A stretch of DNA of 64,000 nucleotides, taken from contig JANJGN010000021.1 of the NCBI GenBank assembly GCA_026770705.1, positions 98,084,001 through 98,148,000 on the forward strand, written 5' to 3'. The position numbers and the translations under genes are program-made. This document shows, piece after piece, positions 37,420 to 49,029 of this stretch (the first letter of the stretch is position 1; every line of letters begins with the position of its first letter). Below the pieces are notes generated by a model. The model was not told the origin of the DNA. It did not search any database and worked only from the letters and a program-made list of their open reading frames with translations. This DNA is from Isurus oxyrinchus. Its lineage: Eukaryota.

Positions 37420-40400
37420 GAGAAACATAGGAGCAGAAGTAGGCCATTCAGCCCCTCGAGGGTGCTGCACCATTCAAATTGATGTTGGCTCATCATCTCT
37501 CTCGACGCAAGTTTTTTGTGCTTTCCCCAAATCCCTAGATGCCATTTGATTCTGGCATTCTATCGATCTCTGTCTTCAGCATACTCAATGACTGTGTTTT
37601 CACAGTCCCCCGGGGTGGAGAATTTCAAATACTAAAGTTATCTCCTCATCTCACTCCTAAGAGACTTGTCCCTTACTCTAAAACTATAATGCCTGCTTCT
37701 AGAACACCAAGCCAGGGGAAACAACCTTTCTTCATCTACTCTGCCTGGCCCTTTAAGAAAGTTTCAAGTTTTAATTAGATCATTTTCAATTCTCCTGAAA
37801 TCTAGAGAAAACAATCCCACTCTCTTCAATTTATGCCAATAGGAGAGTTCCGCCATCCTAGGAATTAGCCTGGTGAACTTCCTCTGCACTCCCTCTATGG
37901 TATATATATGTTCCTTAAGTGAGGGGACCAAAACTGTATTCAATACCCCTCGTGAAGTCTAAGCAATTTTCTATACAATTGAAGTAAGGCATCTTTACTC
38001 CAGTATTTAAAATCCTCTTGCAAGAAATGCAATAATTGCTTGCTGCACCTGCATAATCGCCTTCACTGACTTTTGAAGGACACCCTTCTTGACATCAGCA
38101 CACCTGTCTCTCGCCATTTAATAAGTAGTCTACGACCCGATTGCTCCAAACGAAGTGGATAATATCACACTGATCCACGTTACATTCTATTTGTCATACC
38201 CTTGCCCACTCAGTAATCCTAACAAATCCTCTTGAAGCCGCTTTGTGTTGACCTCATAACCTATTCCCACGTAGCCTTTGTCATCAGAAAAAGTGGAATT
38301 GTTACAAAATTGCCACATGCAATCATTAATGTAGAATGTGAATAGCCTAGGCCCAAGTACTGATCCTTGTGGTGTCCCAATGGTCAAAGGCTGCCAACCT
38401 GAGAATGAAGCATTTATTCCTACTCTCCATTTTCTCTCCGTTAACAAATTTTCAATCCATGCTAGAATATTACCCCCTAACTCATGTGTTGTAATTGTGT
38501 TTACTGACTTGTGTGGAAACTTATCAAAAACCTTCCAAACAGCCAAATGAAGCACACCCACTTCCCCAACCCCCCATATCCATTCTGTTGGTAGCGTCCT
38601 CAGAAAACTCCAACAGGATTGTCAGGCATGATTTTCATTAGAAATCCATGTTGACTCTGCCCAAACAAATCAGTATTTTCTACGTTTTCTAGATATTCCA
38701 TCCGTTATGATAGAGTCCAGCATGTTCCTTCCTATTGACTTCAGGCAAACAGACCTATAGGCCCTCATTTTCCATCTTCCACCTTTCTGAAGCATTGGGG
38801 TTGTCTTTGCATGTTTCCTTCCACTCTACAGGGCCATTCCATTATCTGTAGAACTGTGAAAGGTGATCACCAATGCATCCACTATTTCTGTAACCACCTC
38901 TTTCTACATTCTTGGACGTAGATCATCGGTCCAAGAGATTAAGCAAATTTCAGGCACGTTAATTTCTGAAACATTTCTTTTTTTACACACGCTAATTCCT
39001 TCAGCCCCTCATTCTCACTCGTCCCTTGGCTTGCTCTTACCCATTGGAGATTCATTATACCTTCGTCCATGAAGGCAGACATAAAATAAGTATTTATCTT
39101 CTCTTTCCTTTCTCTATTCTCCATTAAACATTCTCCTGTCTCTGCCTGAATTGACGGACATTTGTCCTTGCCAATTCTTTCCTTTTTTCCATGCCAATAG
39201 AAGATTTTGTAGTCCAGTTTTATATGTCTCGCTAGTTTACATTCATATTCAATTCTACCTCACTTTTTCAGTTTCCTAGTCTTCCTTTACTAAATTTTAA
39301 AATGCCCCCAATCCTCAGGCTTACAACGCTTTTTCAGAATCTCATCAGCCTCTTCGTTTGACCTAATACAATCATTAACATCCGTGCTTAGTCACGATTT
39401 ACTCACTTTTGGAATTTTGTGCTCAAAAGAAATGTATGTTTGCTGTAAAGCGCATATTAGTTCTTTAATTGTAACCCACTGTCTGCCTACTGCCATACCA
39501 TTTAATGTGTTCACCCATTCCATTGTAACCAACCTTCATAACTGAATTTGGTTAGTGTTAAGACCCTAGCTTTGGAATTAATCCAATAGTTTTCAAACTT
39601 ATTGAAATATTTGATCTTATTATGTCACTCTTCCTAAAGGAATCTTTTACAACAAGATTTTTATTAGCCCTGTCCTATTGCAAAATGTAAGATCTAAAAC
39701 GGCTTCTTCTCTAATTAGTTCCTCGACATACTGCTCTAGAAAACCATCTCGGACACAATCCACGAATTCGTCCTCCACACCATTAATGTTCAACATATTT
39801 ACTAGTAAAGCAATAAGTGGAAGTGTCCTATGATTACTGAATTACCCTTGTTCCATGCACCCCAAGTTTGTTCATTTAAACCGTGCCCTGCGTTATAGCT
39901 ATGACTTGGTGGGCTGTAAACAACTCCAGCTAATGTTCAACAAAAAACAGAAAATGCTGGAAAAGTTCAGCAGGCCTGACAGTACCTGTGCAGAGAGAAA
40001 AAAGTTAAAGTTTCGAGACCGGATGACCCTTCTTCAGAGCTGAATAGAAGTTACAATGTGATGCAATTTATAGTGTTTGAAGGGGTTGGGGAAGGTGGAG
40101 CTGGATACAAGGCCAGTGATACGTGGAGAAAAAAGAGAGAGATTGACAAAGATGCCATGAACTAAACGACAAAGGTATGGTTATTGCTAGTGCTGTTGGC
40201 CTCTGTTGTTTCTCAGCTTCACCCAAGCTTATTCTCCATTCTGTTCTTCAGATGAAAGATCATCTCTCACTAATCTACTGGTGTCAACTTACTGTCGGCG
40301 CCACCGCACCACCTTTTCCCTTTTGACTGTCCATCCTAAATGAGAAAATTCCTTAAATATTCAGTTGCCAGCCTTCGTCACCCTACCGCCACATTTATCG

Positions 40401-40970
40401 ATTCGTGACATCAATTCACCCACCTTGTTGCAAATTCTGTGTGCATTCAGATAGACTACATTAATTTTTCCCTTTTTAAATATTATTCCTTATTTTGACT
40501 TTATTGTTGCTGGTATTTGTTTCGGGTGCTTCCCAATTTTGTTTACCAATTTTGTACTTCCCTTTATGAGGTTTGATTTTCTCCTATCTGAATTCCATCT
40601 CAGGTTCCTGTTCCCTGACAGGCTAGTCTAAACTCTTATTAATAACACGAGCAAATCTCCCCACATGCATATTAGGCCCTGCCCCGATAAAGCGTAGCCC
40701 TCCTCCTTGTATTGGTCCCAGCTGCCCCAGAACCAACGCATGGGTCCCATAAATCGAACGCCCTCCCTCCTACCATGTGTCCGTTCGACCAACTTTGCTA
40801 TTTCTATACGCACTAGCACGTGGTAGTGGTCATAATCCTTAAAATACTGCCTTGGTGGTCCTGTTTTTCGATCAATTTCCTCGCTCCCTAAAACATATTT
40901 CCACATATGTCATTGTTACCAATATGGATCACGATCTTTAGCTGTTTTCCCTCCGCCTAAAAAATGTCCT
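37420..40970 (-). mobile_element. Long degenerate CR1 LINE (ORF1 remnant, APE, RT, 3' UTR)
   Basis: KVFDKFPH, WIENLL and GTPQGSVLGPRLFTFYIND. The 3' end is at 37420 (cataggagcagaagtaggccattcagccc). An esterase-like ORF1 remnant lies at ~40600-40950. Confidence 0.85.
39938..40190 (-). repeat. Penelope pseudo-LTR fragment inserted in the CR1
   Basis: Minus strand reads ctgaagaagggtcatccggtctcgaaac...cctgctgaacttttccag, a hammerhead core with canonical CUGAAGA. Confidence 0.75.
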
Positions 40971-40974
40971 TTTT

Positions 40975-41310
40975 GATGGCGGGCAGACTTTGGGAATCAT
41001 TAGGTGAGAAAGGTGTCGCATAAATCCCAGCCTTGAACTGCTCTTGGAGCTATATTCTTTATACGGCTGGTTCAGTTCAGCTTCTGGTCAATGTTAACCT
41101 CCAGAATGTTGATCTGCAGAAGTAATACTGTTGAATGTCAATGGGAGATGGTTATATTATCTCTTGTTGGATATGGACATTTCCTGGCACTTGTCCGTCG
41201 AGAATGGCATTTGGCACTGGTCAGCCTTAGCCAAAATATTCTCCAGTTCTTCCTGCAAATAATCATGACAAGTTCACTATTTGTGGGGTTACGCGAGGTT
41301 CTGAACTGAT
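40975..41310 (-). mobile_element. HER1 internal fragment
   Basis: Reverse complement of DQKLN*TS and AKCQ-type segments. Confidence 0.65.
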
Positions 41311-41765
41311 ACATTTGTCACTCTCTTCGCGCAACAGCTGTTAGTACTCCAAAATTCCAACTTCCCTGTATATATATGAGGCTAATTAAAAGTACACAGT
41401 TTACCATAACACTCCCTTGGTGTTGAATTCTAAAAGCTCTTCGACGTCACGTGGACCACACAGCCTTCTGAATAAGCAATGGAGTCAATTTGTTAATGTA
41501 TTTAGTATATTAAAGCAAATAAGAACTAATATTGTTAGTAGTTAAGACAAATAAAATTAACATGTCCCAGCAATTTCATTTATTACGTAAAATTCCCGTG
41601 TATGAACCTAAAGATGAACAATGCTCATCTTTAAAAAATGTTGTACTTTAATTTTATTACTGAAAATGTCAATAAAATATTCTTTGGAATATGGGATAAC
41701 AATAATATCCTGATCGTCTTGCTACTTCAATGAGCAATGTCACCGCAAATTAACCTGATCCCTGG

Positions 41766-41875
41766 CCAATAGTATAGAAAGCGGCTTGTCTAACATGTTT
41801 GTTCAAATGACTGTAACAAATGTCAATCAGCACGTAATGCCCGTGTGCCACTTTTCGTTTCTCTCAAGTATAAAT
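41766..41875 (+). promoter_or_regulatory. Proximal promoter of copy C (CCAAT 41766-41770, TATAAAT 41869-41875)
   Basis: TATA lies 66 nt upstream of the ATG. Short blocks (ggcttg, tgccact, tataaat, cata.cac) are colinear with the copy A upstream region. Confidence 0.6.
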
Positions 41876-41940
41876 ACGCCCTGTTTTGAAAACACATATG
41901 CATGTCCATAACACGAATAGAGAATGCCTCTTGTCATAAA

Positions 41941-42010
41941 ATGGGTCTGCCAATAATCATACAGATAGAAAACATATACTATCCTATTCATGCGGTGATA
42001 GTAGTTCCTG
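41941..42010 (+). CDS. GPR139-like: GPR139-like copy C exon 1 (70 nt, phase 1)
   Basis: MGLPIIIQIENIYYPIHAVIVVP+G followed by a canonical GTAAG donor. Homologous to copy A exon 1. Confidence 0.85.
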
Positions 42011-42749
42011 GTAAGGCAACTACTATCAATTCATATTTCGGTTGACTATGTGTTCTTCTTCTCCTACAGTCGCTCCAATTATAATTTCAGCATGTTTTTA
42101 CCTGCCTTATTTACGGGCAAGCACTACTGCCATGTAAAATCTAAAACAAAATGCTCCAAGTTTGTGCATTGGGCGTTTTGGACCAGATATCGCGAAAGTA
42201 AATAATTGGAGGTTAACAGCGCTTACCATAACATGAGCTCGAGAAACACCTTCAAGGTCACTACATATGCAGTCAAACATGGTCATCAGAATGTTTAGTT
42301 CTCAGAATTCCCCCTCCTCCAGTAGCCATTTTATTGTATCTCGCCGGGATCATCGGCAATTAATTATATTGGATGACGCGGTGGTGCTAAAATTTATTCA
42401 TTATCAAACAATGATTATCATCGATGTTATTTCCCACCTGTCACGACGTGCAAACTGTCCTTCAGTGTCCAACGTGAGTCGAATGCTGTATACAACTCGT
42501 GTATTGTGTTTAATTTCCTATAAGCTAGTTAATTAAGCTGTGCTAATGCTAACGTGGGTAAATATTGAGGGGGGAAAGCTGTGACCATAATGACAACCCT
42601 TCTCTTGCCATGCCTCAGTATAACTATTTTCATTTTTGGTGAACGGCATGTAAAAAGAACATATCAACAGGTAATATGATAGCTATGATTGTGTAATCGT
42701 TTCTTAGTTCATGTAAATAGACGGCAAGCAGCACTTAATAATTTTCACG

Positions 42750-43720
42750 CTTTCCACGAGGCATTAATTTTCAGAATACTTAGCCTGCTCATTGTAAAGC
42801 TACCCTATCTTTTATACCACTGCTGTCGGTGGAGAGCCTTTGATTTACCTTTATCTACCATGTGCTCCCGTTCTCTCGGATTAGCTGAAACATTTATTGA
42901 AGTTGTGCTGGGACATCGGGAGAAAGCCCGTGGAAACTCAATCTTAGGCATGTTATTGCTGCTTTGAAAAGTAAACTTGGGATGGATTGCAGTCGTCAGC
43001 ATCTCACTACGTCTTAAGAATCTGACAACTTAGTGAAATAGAAATTTGCCTTCCTACTTCGGCAGTAGCGGTGTACAAGTTTCAGCCTGTTACCATGCTT
43101 GATTGGTGTTCAGTGCTCTCAGCCCAATTTAACTGACGAGATATCACAAATTAGCGCACTCACGCTTTTCCAAAAGCAATTAAGAACAAAAATTTCGCTG
43201 CGATAAGCACAGGAGACAACAAAACGCGCCGGACATTTCTGACATCGAAATTAACGGACGACATATCTTGGCTTACACCTGAAGACATAACTTTTGAAAT
43301 ACGTCCCTTTATGTGCCTTGGTTAGGTAAATGTAGGACAGCAACGGTATATGAACTAAAATATACCTCAAAGCATCGATACAAATCACCTGATACTACAA
43401 CTTGACATTAGCCCTTTCGGAAAACAGCGCTGATATGACGTGAGCTAGTATCCTGTCTTTCGCATTACTGTTCATAGCGACGATAATATTGTTCAATACA
43501 TTTAATAATATCTTGCAGATTATCCCCAGAAAAAGAAATTTGTGGGTCTTCAAATTATTTGTAGAATGTGTATGCGGTTTTGTTATTGAAGTTTTCGTCA
43601 AGCAAAGTTCAGTAAAGCACAGCGTCCTCTAGAGGAACTCGGTGACCAGCTTCAATGAAATAAGGAACCGCGCATTCCCTTAAACAATCACGCTGAAGAA
43701 TTTTCAATGTCTGAACAATA
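42750..43720 (-). mobile_element. Probable ancient hAT transposase remnant in the copy C intron
   Basis: LKTHKFLFLGIICKILLNVLNNI and TSINVSANPRER...MSRLSILKIN (dimerization-domain-like). Confidence 0.4.
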
Positions 43721-43789
43721 ACGGATGAGTTAAAATCATGATCTCCTTGTGAAACACAGAGAGAAAATGAAAAATTAGGAAAGAGTGGC

Positions 43790-44760
43790 TGTAATAACAG
43801 GAAAAAGTGTCAGAGGTTCGATAACATTAATGTAAACCTACCTAGTCTTCAGAATCTCAGCAAATTGACATAGGGACTGACAAGGTATTAGAGGTGTTGG
43901 CAGGCTTAAAAGGAGGCAAATCTGCAGGTCAAGATGATTTATGTCCCAGACTTCTGAGGGAGGCAAGGGAGGAGATCGCAGGGGCTCTGACCCAAATTTT
44001 TAATTCCTCTCTGGCCACGGGGCAGGTGCCAGATGACTGGAGAACAGTTAATGTGGTTCCACTGTTTAAAAAGGGTTGTAGAGATAAGCAAGTGAACTAC
44101 AAGCCTGTGAGTCCCACATCAGTGGTAGGGAAACTATTCGAGAAAATTCTGAAGGAGAGAACCTATCTCCACTTGGAGAGGGAAGCTTTGATCAGGGGTA
44201 GTCACCATGGTTTTGTCAGAAGGAGGTCATGCCTAACAAATTTGATTGATTTTTTTGAGGAGGTGACCAGGTGTGTAGATGAGGGTAGTGGTGTTAATAT
44301 AGTTTGTATGTATTCCAGCAAAGCCTTTGACAAGGTCCCACATGGGAGTCTTATAAAGAAGGCAATGCACAAGGGATACAGGGTAATTTGTAAGGTGGAT
44401 TCAAAATTGACTTAGTTCTATGATACAGAGGGAGATGACGGAGGATACTTTAGTGACATAGAAGCCAGTGTCCAGTGGTGTAATACAGCGATCTGTGCTG
44501 GGTCCCCTATTATTTGTCATTGATATAAACGACACCATGTGGTGGGTAGGATTAGTGACTTTGTGGATGAAACAATGATTGTCCGGGTGGTTAACATGGA
44601 AGTGGAGTGCCTTGGCCTACAGGAAGATACAGATGCGATGGTCAGATGGGCAGATAAGGGGCGGATGGAATTTAACCCTGAAAAGTGTGAGGTTACACAA
44701 TTTGGAAGGTGTAATTTGACAAGGAAGTATTCAATGAACGTCTATATGCTCTCCAGCGTG
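43790..44760 (+). mobile_element. CR1 LINE RT fragment in the copy C intron
   Basis: ORF 43894-44415: KSAGQDDLCPRLLRE, VPDDWRTVNVVPLFKKG, HGFVRRRSCLTNL, KAFDKVPH. Confidence 0.9.
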
Positions 44761-45093
44761 ACTCGACAATTTGCAGATAAATAATGCTGATCATAATTAG
44801 CCTAATATTTTCTTGTTTTCGAAATAATGTTTCACAACTATTAAGAATCGCACCCTGAAGGAATATTCGATGCTCTATTGGTTGTAAAACGCATTATTCG
44901 ACATTCTACGATCATGAAAGTAGCTGGAGAAATGCGAGTCTTTCTTTTCTTTTTAACAACTTGGTGAAAGATAAAGGGAGACAATTGAATGTCAGAAAGA
45001 AACAAATCATGAATTTTCATATAATTTTCATTATCTCTTGACCCTTCCTTAGATACGGTTTAAGGTAGTAATTACATTTTCTCCTTCTTGCAA

Positions 45094-45987
45094 CGAATTT
45101 GGTCACAATCATCATTCTCTCTCGTTGCAAGTGTGGTCTCTCCAAATGTTACCCGTTACCCGGTAGCCATGGCAGGGGCTGACATCATGATCGTAATATT
45201 TGAAGTGATACTCTATGAGATTAAGGATGCGTACTTTCCTTATACGTTCCTAAACTATACTCCCATTTGTAGTCTCAATATTGCACTGCTTTTTGTTTCC
45301 ATTGATTGTTCTGTCTGGCTAACAGTTGCGTTCACCTTCGATCGATTTGTCGCTATTTGTTGCCAAATTCTGCAAACAAAATATTGCACTTCCCAAACTG
45401 CTGCTGTAGTTATAATAGTTGTGTGTTCAATATGTGGTTTGCAAAATATTCCAATCTATTTTATTTATGAACCACGGGAATTCGTTGGCAATATCCCATT
45501 GTCCTGTTATGTTAAGTCAATCTTCTACACCTCGCCCATTTGGAAAGCATTTTTCTGGTTGGAAACCTTCCTAACTCCATTTCTTCCATTTGTTCTTATT
45601 CTACTGCTCAATGGCCTGACCACAAGGCACATATTGATGGCGAACAGAATCAGAAGTGGACTACGAGGTAACAGCAATGTTCAGAATAAAAATGACCCAG
45701 AGATGAACAACCGCCAGAAGTCGATGATTTTATTGCTCACTATCTCAGGCAATTTTATACTATTATGGATGGTAATTTTCGTATGTTTCCTATGTGTGCA
45801 GTTTGGCGATGTGCAAATTTTTGAAGCTAATTATAACGACCCTTTCACGGTAATAGAACAATCTGGGTATATGCTGAGCTGTTTGAGCTCATGCATGAAC
45901 ACGTTTATATATGCAGTGTCACAGAGCAAATTCAGAGAGCAACTGAAGAATATCATTAAGCATGCCTGGCTCCCTTTACGAATATAA
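45094..45987 (+). pseudogene. GPR139-like: GPR139-like class A GPCR, copy C exon 2 (probable recent pseudogene)
   Basis: Exon 2 in the exon 1 frame reads ANLVTIIILSRCKCGLSKC, then a 2-nt deletion (~45148) shifts the frame. The acceptor is ttgcAA at 45092-45093. Downstream TM2-TM7 is open: MAGADI, FTFDRFVAIC, QNIP, DPEMNNRQKS, FILLW, SSCMNTFIY. Confidence 0.88.
45169..45987 (+). CDS. GPR139-like: Residual intact 272-aa TM2-TM7 reading frame of GPR139-like copy C
   Basis: Open from ATG 45169 to TAA 45987 with AATAAA at 45991-45996. Whether it is translated is unknown. Confidence 0.4.
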   Translation: MAGADIMIVIFEVILYEIKDAYFPYTFLNYTPICSLNIALLFVSIDCSVWLTVAFTFDRFVAICCQILQTKYCTSQTAAVVIIVVCSICGLQNIPIYFIYEPREFVGNIPLSCYVKSIFYTSPIWKAFFWLETFLTPFLPFVLILLLNGLTTRHILMANRIRSGLRGNSNVQNKNDPEMNNRQKSMILLLTISGNFILLWMVIFVCFLCVQFGDVQIFEANYNDPFTVIEQSGYMLSCLSSCMNTFIYAVSQSKFREQLKNIIKHAWLPLRI

Positions 45988-47300
45988 TCAAATAAATTAA
46001 GCATGGTCACGGACCTTAAATGTAACTATATCCTTCAGAGCCCGATTTAAGTTTGTTTTTTTTTCAAATGGCATGTGTACACAGGAATCTCGACGGGAAT
46101 TGGAGCTGCAGTCTAACCACTATATTCGAAGTCTTAGTCTGTGAGATGAAAGATATGAAAGATAGGATTAAGTTACATCAATTGAATAAGACAGGTATCA
46201 GCGAGTTTATTGAAACACATGACTTTGTTCTGCAGAACAGACGAAAATCAATTCGATAAATATATCTCTCTGTTCTCGCTGATACACCTCGAATATTGTG
46301 AAACAGATGCAGATGTGTTTTGAAAACGCTAACTATTTCCTTCACCCGACTAAACTTGTAACTTTTTCCATGCCGCAATTCACCTTTTAAATGAGAAACT
46401 CTGACATGCCGTGAACTTGTTCTCATTTTGATACATTTCACCTTGTAAAATGAAATTTCAAATAAATTCCACTTTGAACAAGCTGATTTTTTAAAAAAAT
46501 CATATTGTCCATCTTCATTGTGGTAGACAATCCGACTTCTCTATTCCACACCTATGGCTTTCAAAGAAACAATTAACTCCTTAATATTTTCTCAAAACAT
46601 AGGTACATGATACAAAAACTTCTGTCTATTCCTGGAGCAAATTCTTTAGAGATATCACCTCAGAAAGCGCTCCAAATAATTCAGAGGCAACATTATTTCA
46701 GCTAATTCTAAATTTCTGTGCATGTAGAATAAGCAAATCGATGGGACTAATTCTGTCACACTTATTTGAAAGAGATATGAATTGTACATGATGATGTTTT
46801 GCGCCACTGATCACTGTAATTTATGGGAGTCGAAATAATTCGCCTGGCATGTCGTCCAATAGAGACTTGAATTCTGACATACTTTCTTTTCCCACAGGAG
46901 AATTTGCAGGACACTTGCGTGAGCTTATGTAAAGGCCTTTCAATATCTATGTATTTTAGACCAAATGTATTTCATATTGCATAGATAACTCTAAATTCCT
47001 GCCCCTCAACTATTGAAAACACCCTTCGACAAAACTTACAACCAATGTTTTCGCCATTGTCAAAAATTGCATTGGAGTTAAACATCAGTGTTTTCCAACA
47101 GAGCACTAAATATCCACCCTCTGATTTATCACCGTGGTTCCCCAAGCAGTCACAATATACAGTAAAACATTAGCTAGAACATTAAAACACTGATTCTATG
47201 ACCTGTCGCAATAACGTTTGAATAAGGAATAATATGACGCTTCTTGCTCCGTCACATTGTGATAGATAACCAATTTACGACATTAACCCGGTGTTCCAGA

Positions 47301-47389
47301 AAGGGTCATGAGGACTCGAAACGTCAACTCTTTTCTTCTCCGCCGATGCTGCAGGACCTGCTGAGTTTTTCCAGGTAATTCTGTTTTTA
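47301..47389 (+). mobile_element. 89-bp Penelope hammerhead-tail insertion with a 7-bp target-site duplication
   Basis: Near-identical to the palindrome arm. ttccaga occurs at 47294-47300 and 47390-47396. Confidence 0.85.
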
Positions 47390-47396
47390 TTCCAGA

Positions 47397-48530
47397 CCAT
47401 GCCTGTGTTGTTAACAGCGCTCAGTTATCATCCCTATTGAATTTATTAGAATCAAAACGGATACGCTCTCTAAATTGTTGCCAATCCATAGCCGAATACT
47501 GGCTCAGAATTTTTTTCCACTGCCTCTCCAAACAATTTATATACAGAGATCGCGGCTGTCCGCAACTGTCTCCCAGTTGTCTGTGTCGATGACAGCTATC
47601 TTCATAGCAGGCTTGCAAGTGTTCATGTAGCGTTCAAAAGGACGGGCCCAGAGGTCAATTGACTGTACAGAACGTATGTACGTATAAAGCCGTCATCGAT
47701 TTGTTGAACGGGCCACAGCCAGCGGAAATGCTTCTGGCTTAGTAATGAGCGGGCACTGAAGGAACTGCTATATTCCAGGACCTCTGAGTTGTTTGGCCTT
47801 GTTCTGCGACGAGATCGCGTCCGTGTAGTGACAAAGTGAAGGAGGAATCTGTTAAACTATTTCTCTTGCTTGGTATGCGTTCTCCAGGTCACACGGCAGT
47901 AGAGAAGTTTAATGGGGATGACAGCCTGGCAGGCCTGCAGTTTTCTGTTGTCCATTAGTGTGCTTCTTTTCCACATTCGCTTACTCATCTTTGAAATAAC
48001 AGTTGTAGCTTTTGCAATGGGCGCGTTCAATTCATCATCAAGTGACAGATTATTGGTTATTGTGGAACCTAAATATGTGAAGCTATCAGCGACATCTAAC
48101 GTAACCCACTGTCAATGCAGGTTAAGGGTGGCATGGCAATGTCTTGGTCCATGATATCTGATGTCCCAATGCAGATAGGCAAACTAATCTCTTTATCGCC
48201 CAGCAAGACTCCGCCCTTTTTCTGTTGATCATATACCTCAGTTTGAAGTGCATGTGTGGCATCATCGAACTAGTTCAAATCTCTGATCAAGACTTTTGCA
48301 CGTTTGCCTTCAATCTCAGTCACTTTTTTTAAGTGTCCATTAGCCCTGATGTAAGTCGACAGTTGGGTATATGAACTGAAGGCATGTTATAGCCAGAATA
48401 TGCCAGAAAGTGTCGTCGCGATAACGAAGGCTGTTTGAAGCCATTGTGGATCTGGACGTTTTCAGACGTTAGCTGGCCACAGCTGATCATGCTGATCATA
48501 TTTTCATATATAGAAAATGTAATGCTGAGA
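47397..48530 (-). mobile_element. RTE-clade LINE RT 3' fragment
   Basis: Minus strand gives FTYLGSTITNNLSLDDELNAPIAKA and an L.ADD-like motif near 48260. Confidence 0.8.
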
Positions 48531-49029
48531 TGTCAAATTTCACAGCTCGAAAATCCAAATCAGAATTGCATCGGATCCATTTCCCCCAATTCATGCCAAA
48601 CATAAAGACGTAAAAGGCATTACAAAAACATGCAATGGACGTCAGATCAGAACGTATTTGAACTCAAAAACAAAGAAGGGATACACCGTTTAAGTGTACA
48701 CATTTAAGTAACACATTTAAGACAAAGGTGACGCGAAAATCTCTTCGCGCTGCTTTACATGGCGTATAGAGCTCCCCGCTCTATACACTGGCTGTTTTTA
48801 TCAGAAGTGAGGCCCGCAAGGGTGAAGCGGCACCGAAAGACAGGATGCATCTCTGATGGTTATTAGCTGAATTCTGCCTGCAGGAAGTTGGTAGGGCCGG
48901 TGGTGGGTGGGGGAGGGTGATGGCGGGGAGTGGTGAAATCATTTGAAAACACATCGATTTTCGGATTCCTTGAGGATTCCCTGAACCTTCACGAGATCGC
49001 CCACCAAGGTTTAAGATAGACATTCAATG

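Noticed and set aside
45088-45987. ORF-track 299-aa protein as an intact single-exon GPCR
   Set aside because: It starts at TTG inside the intron, and its first ~20 residues are out of frame relative to paralogs. The true start is exon 1 at 41941.
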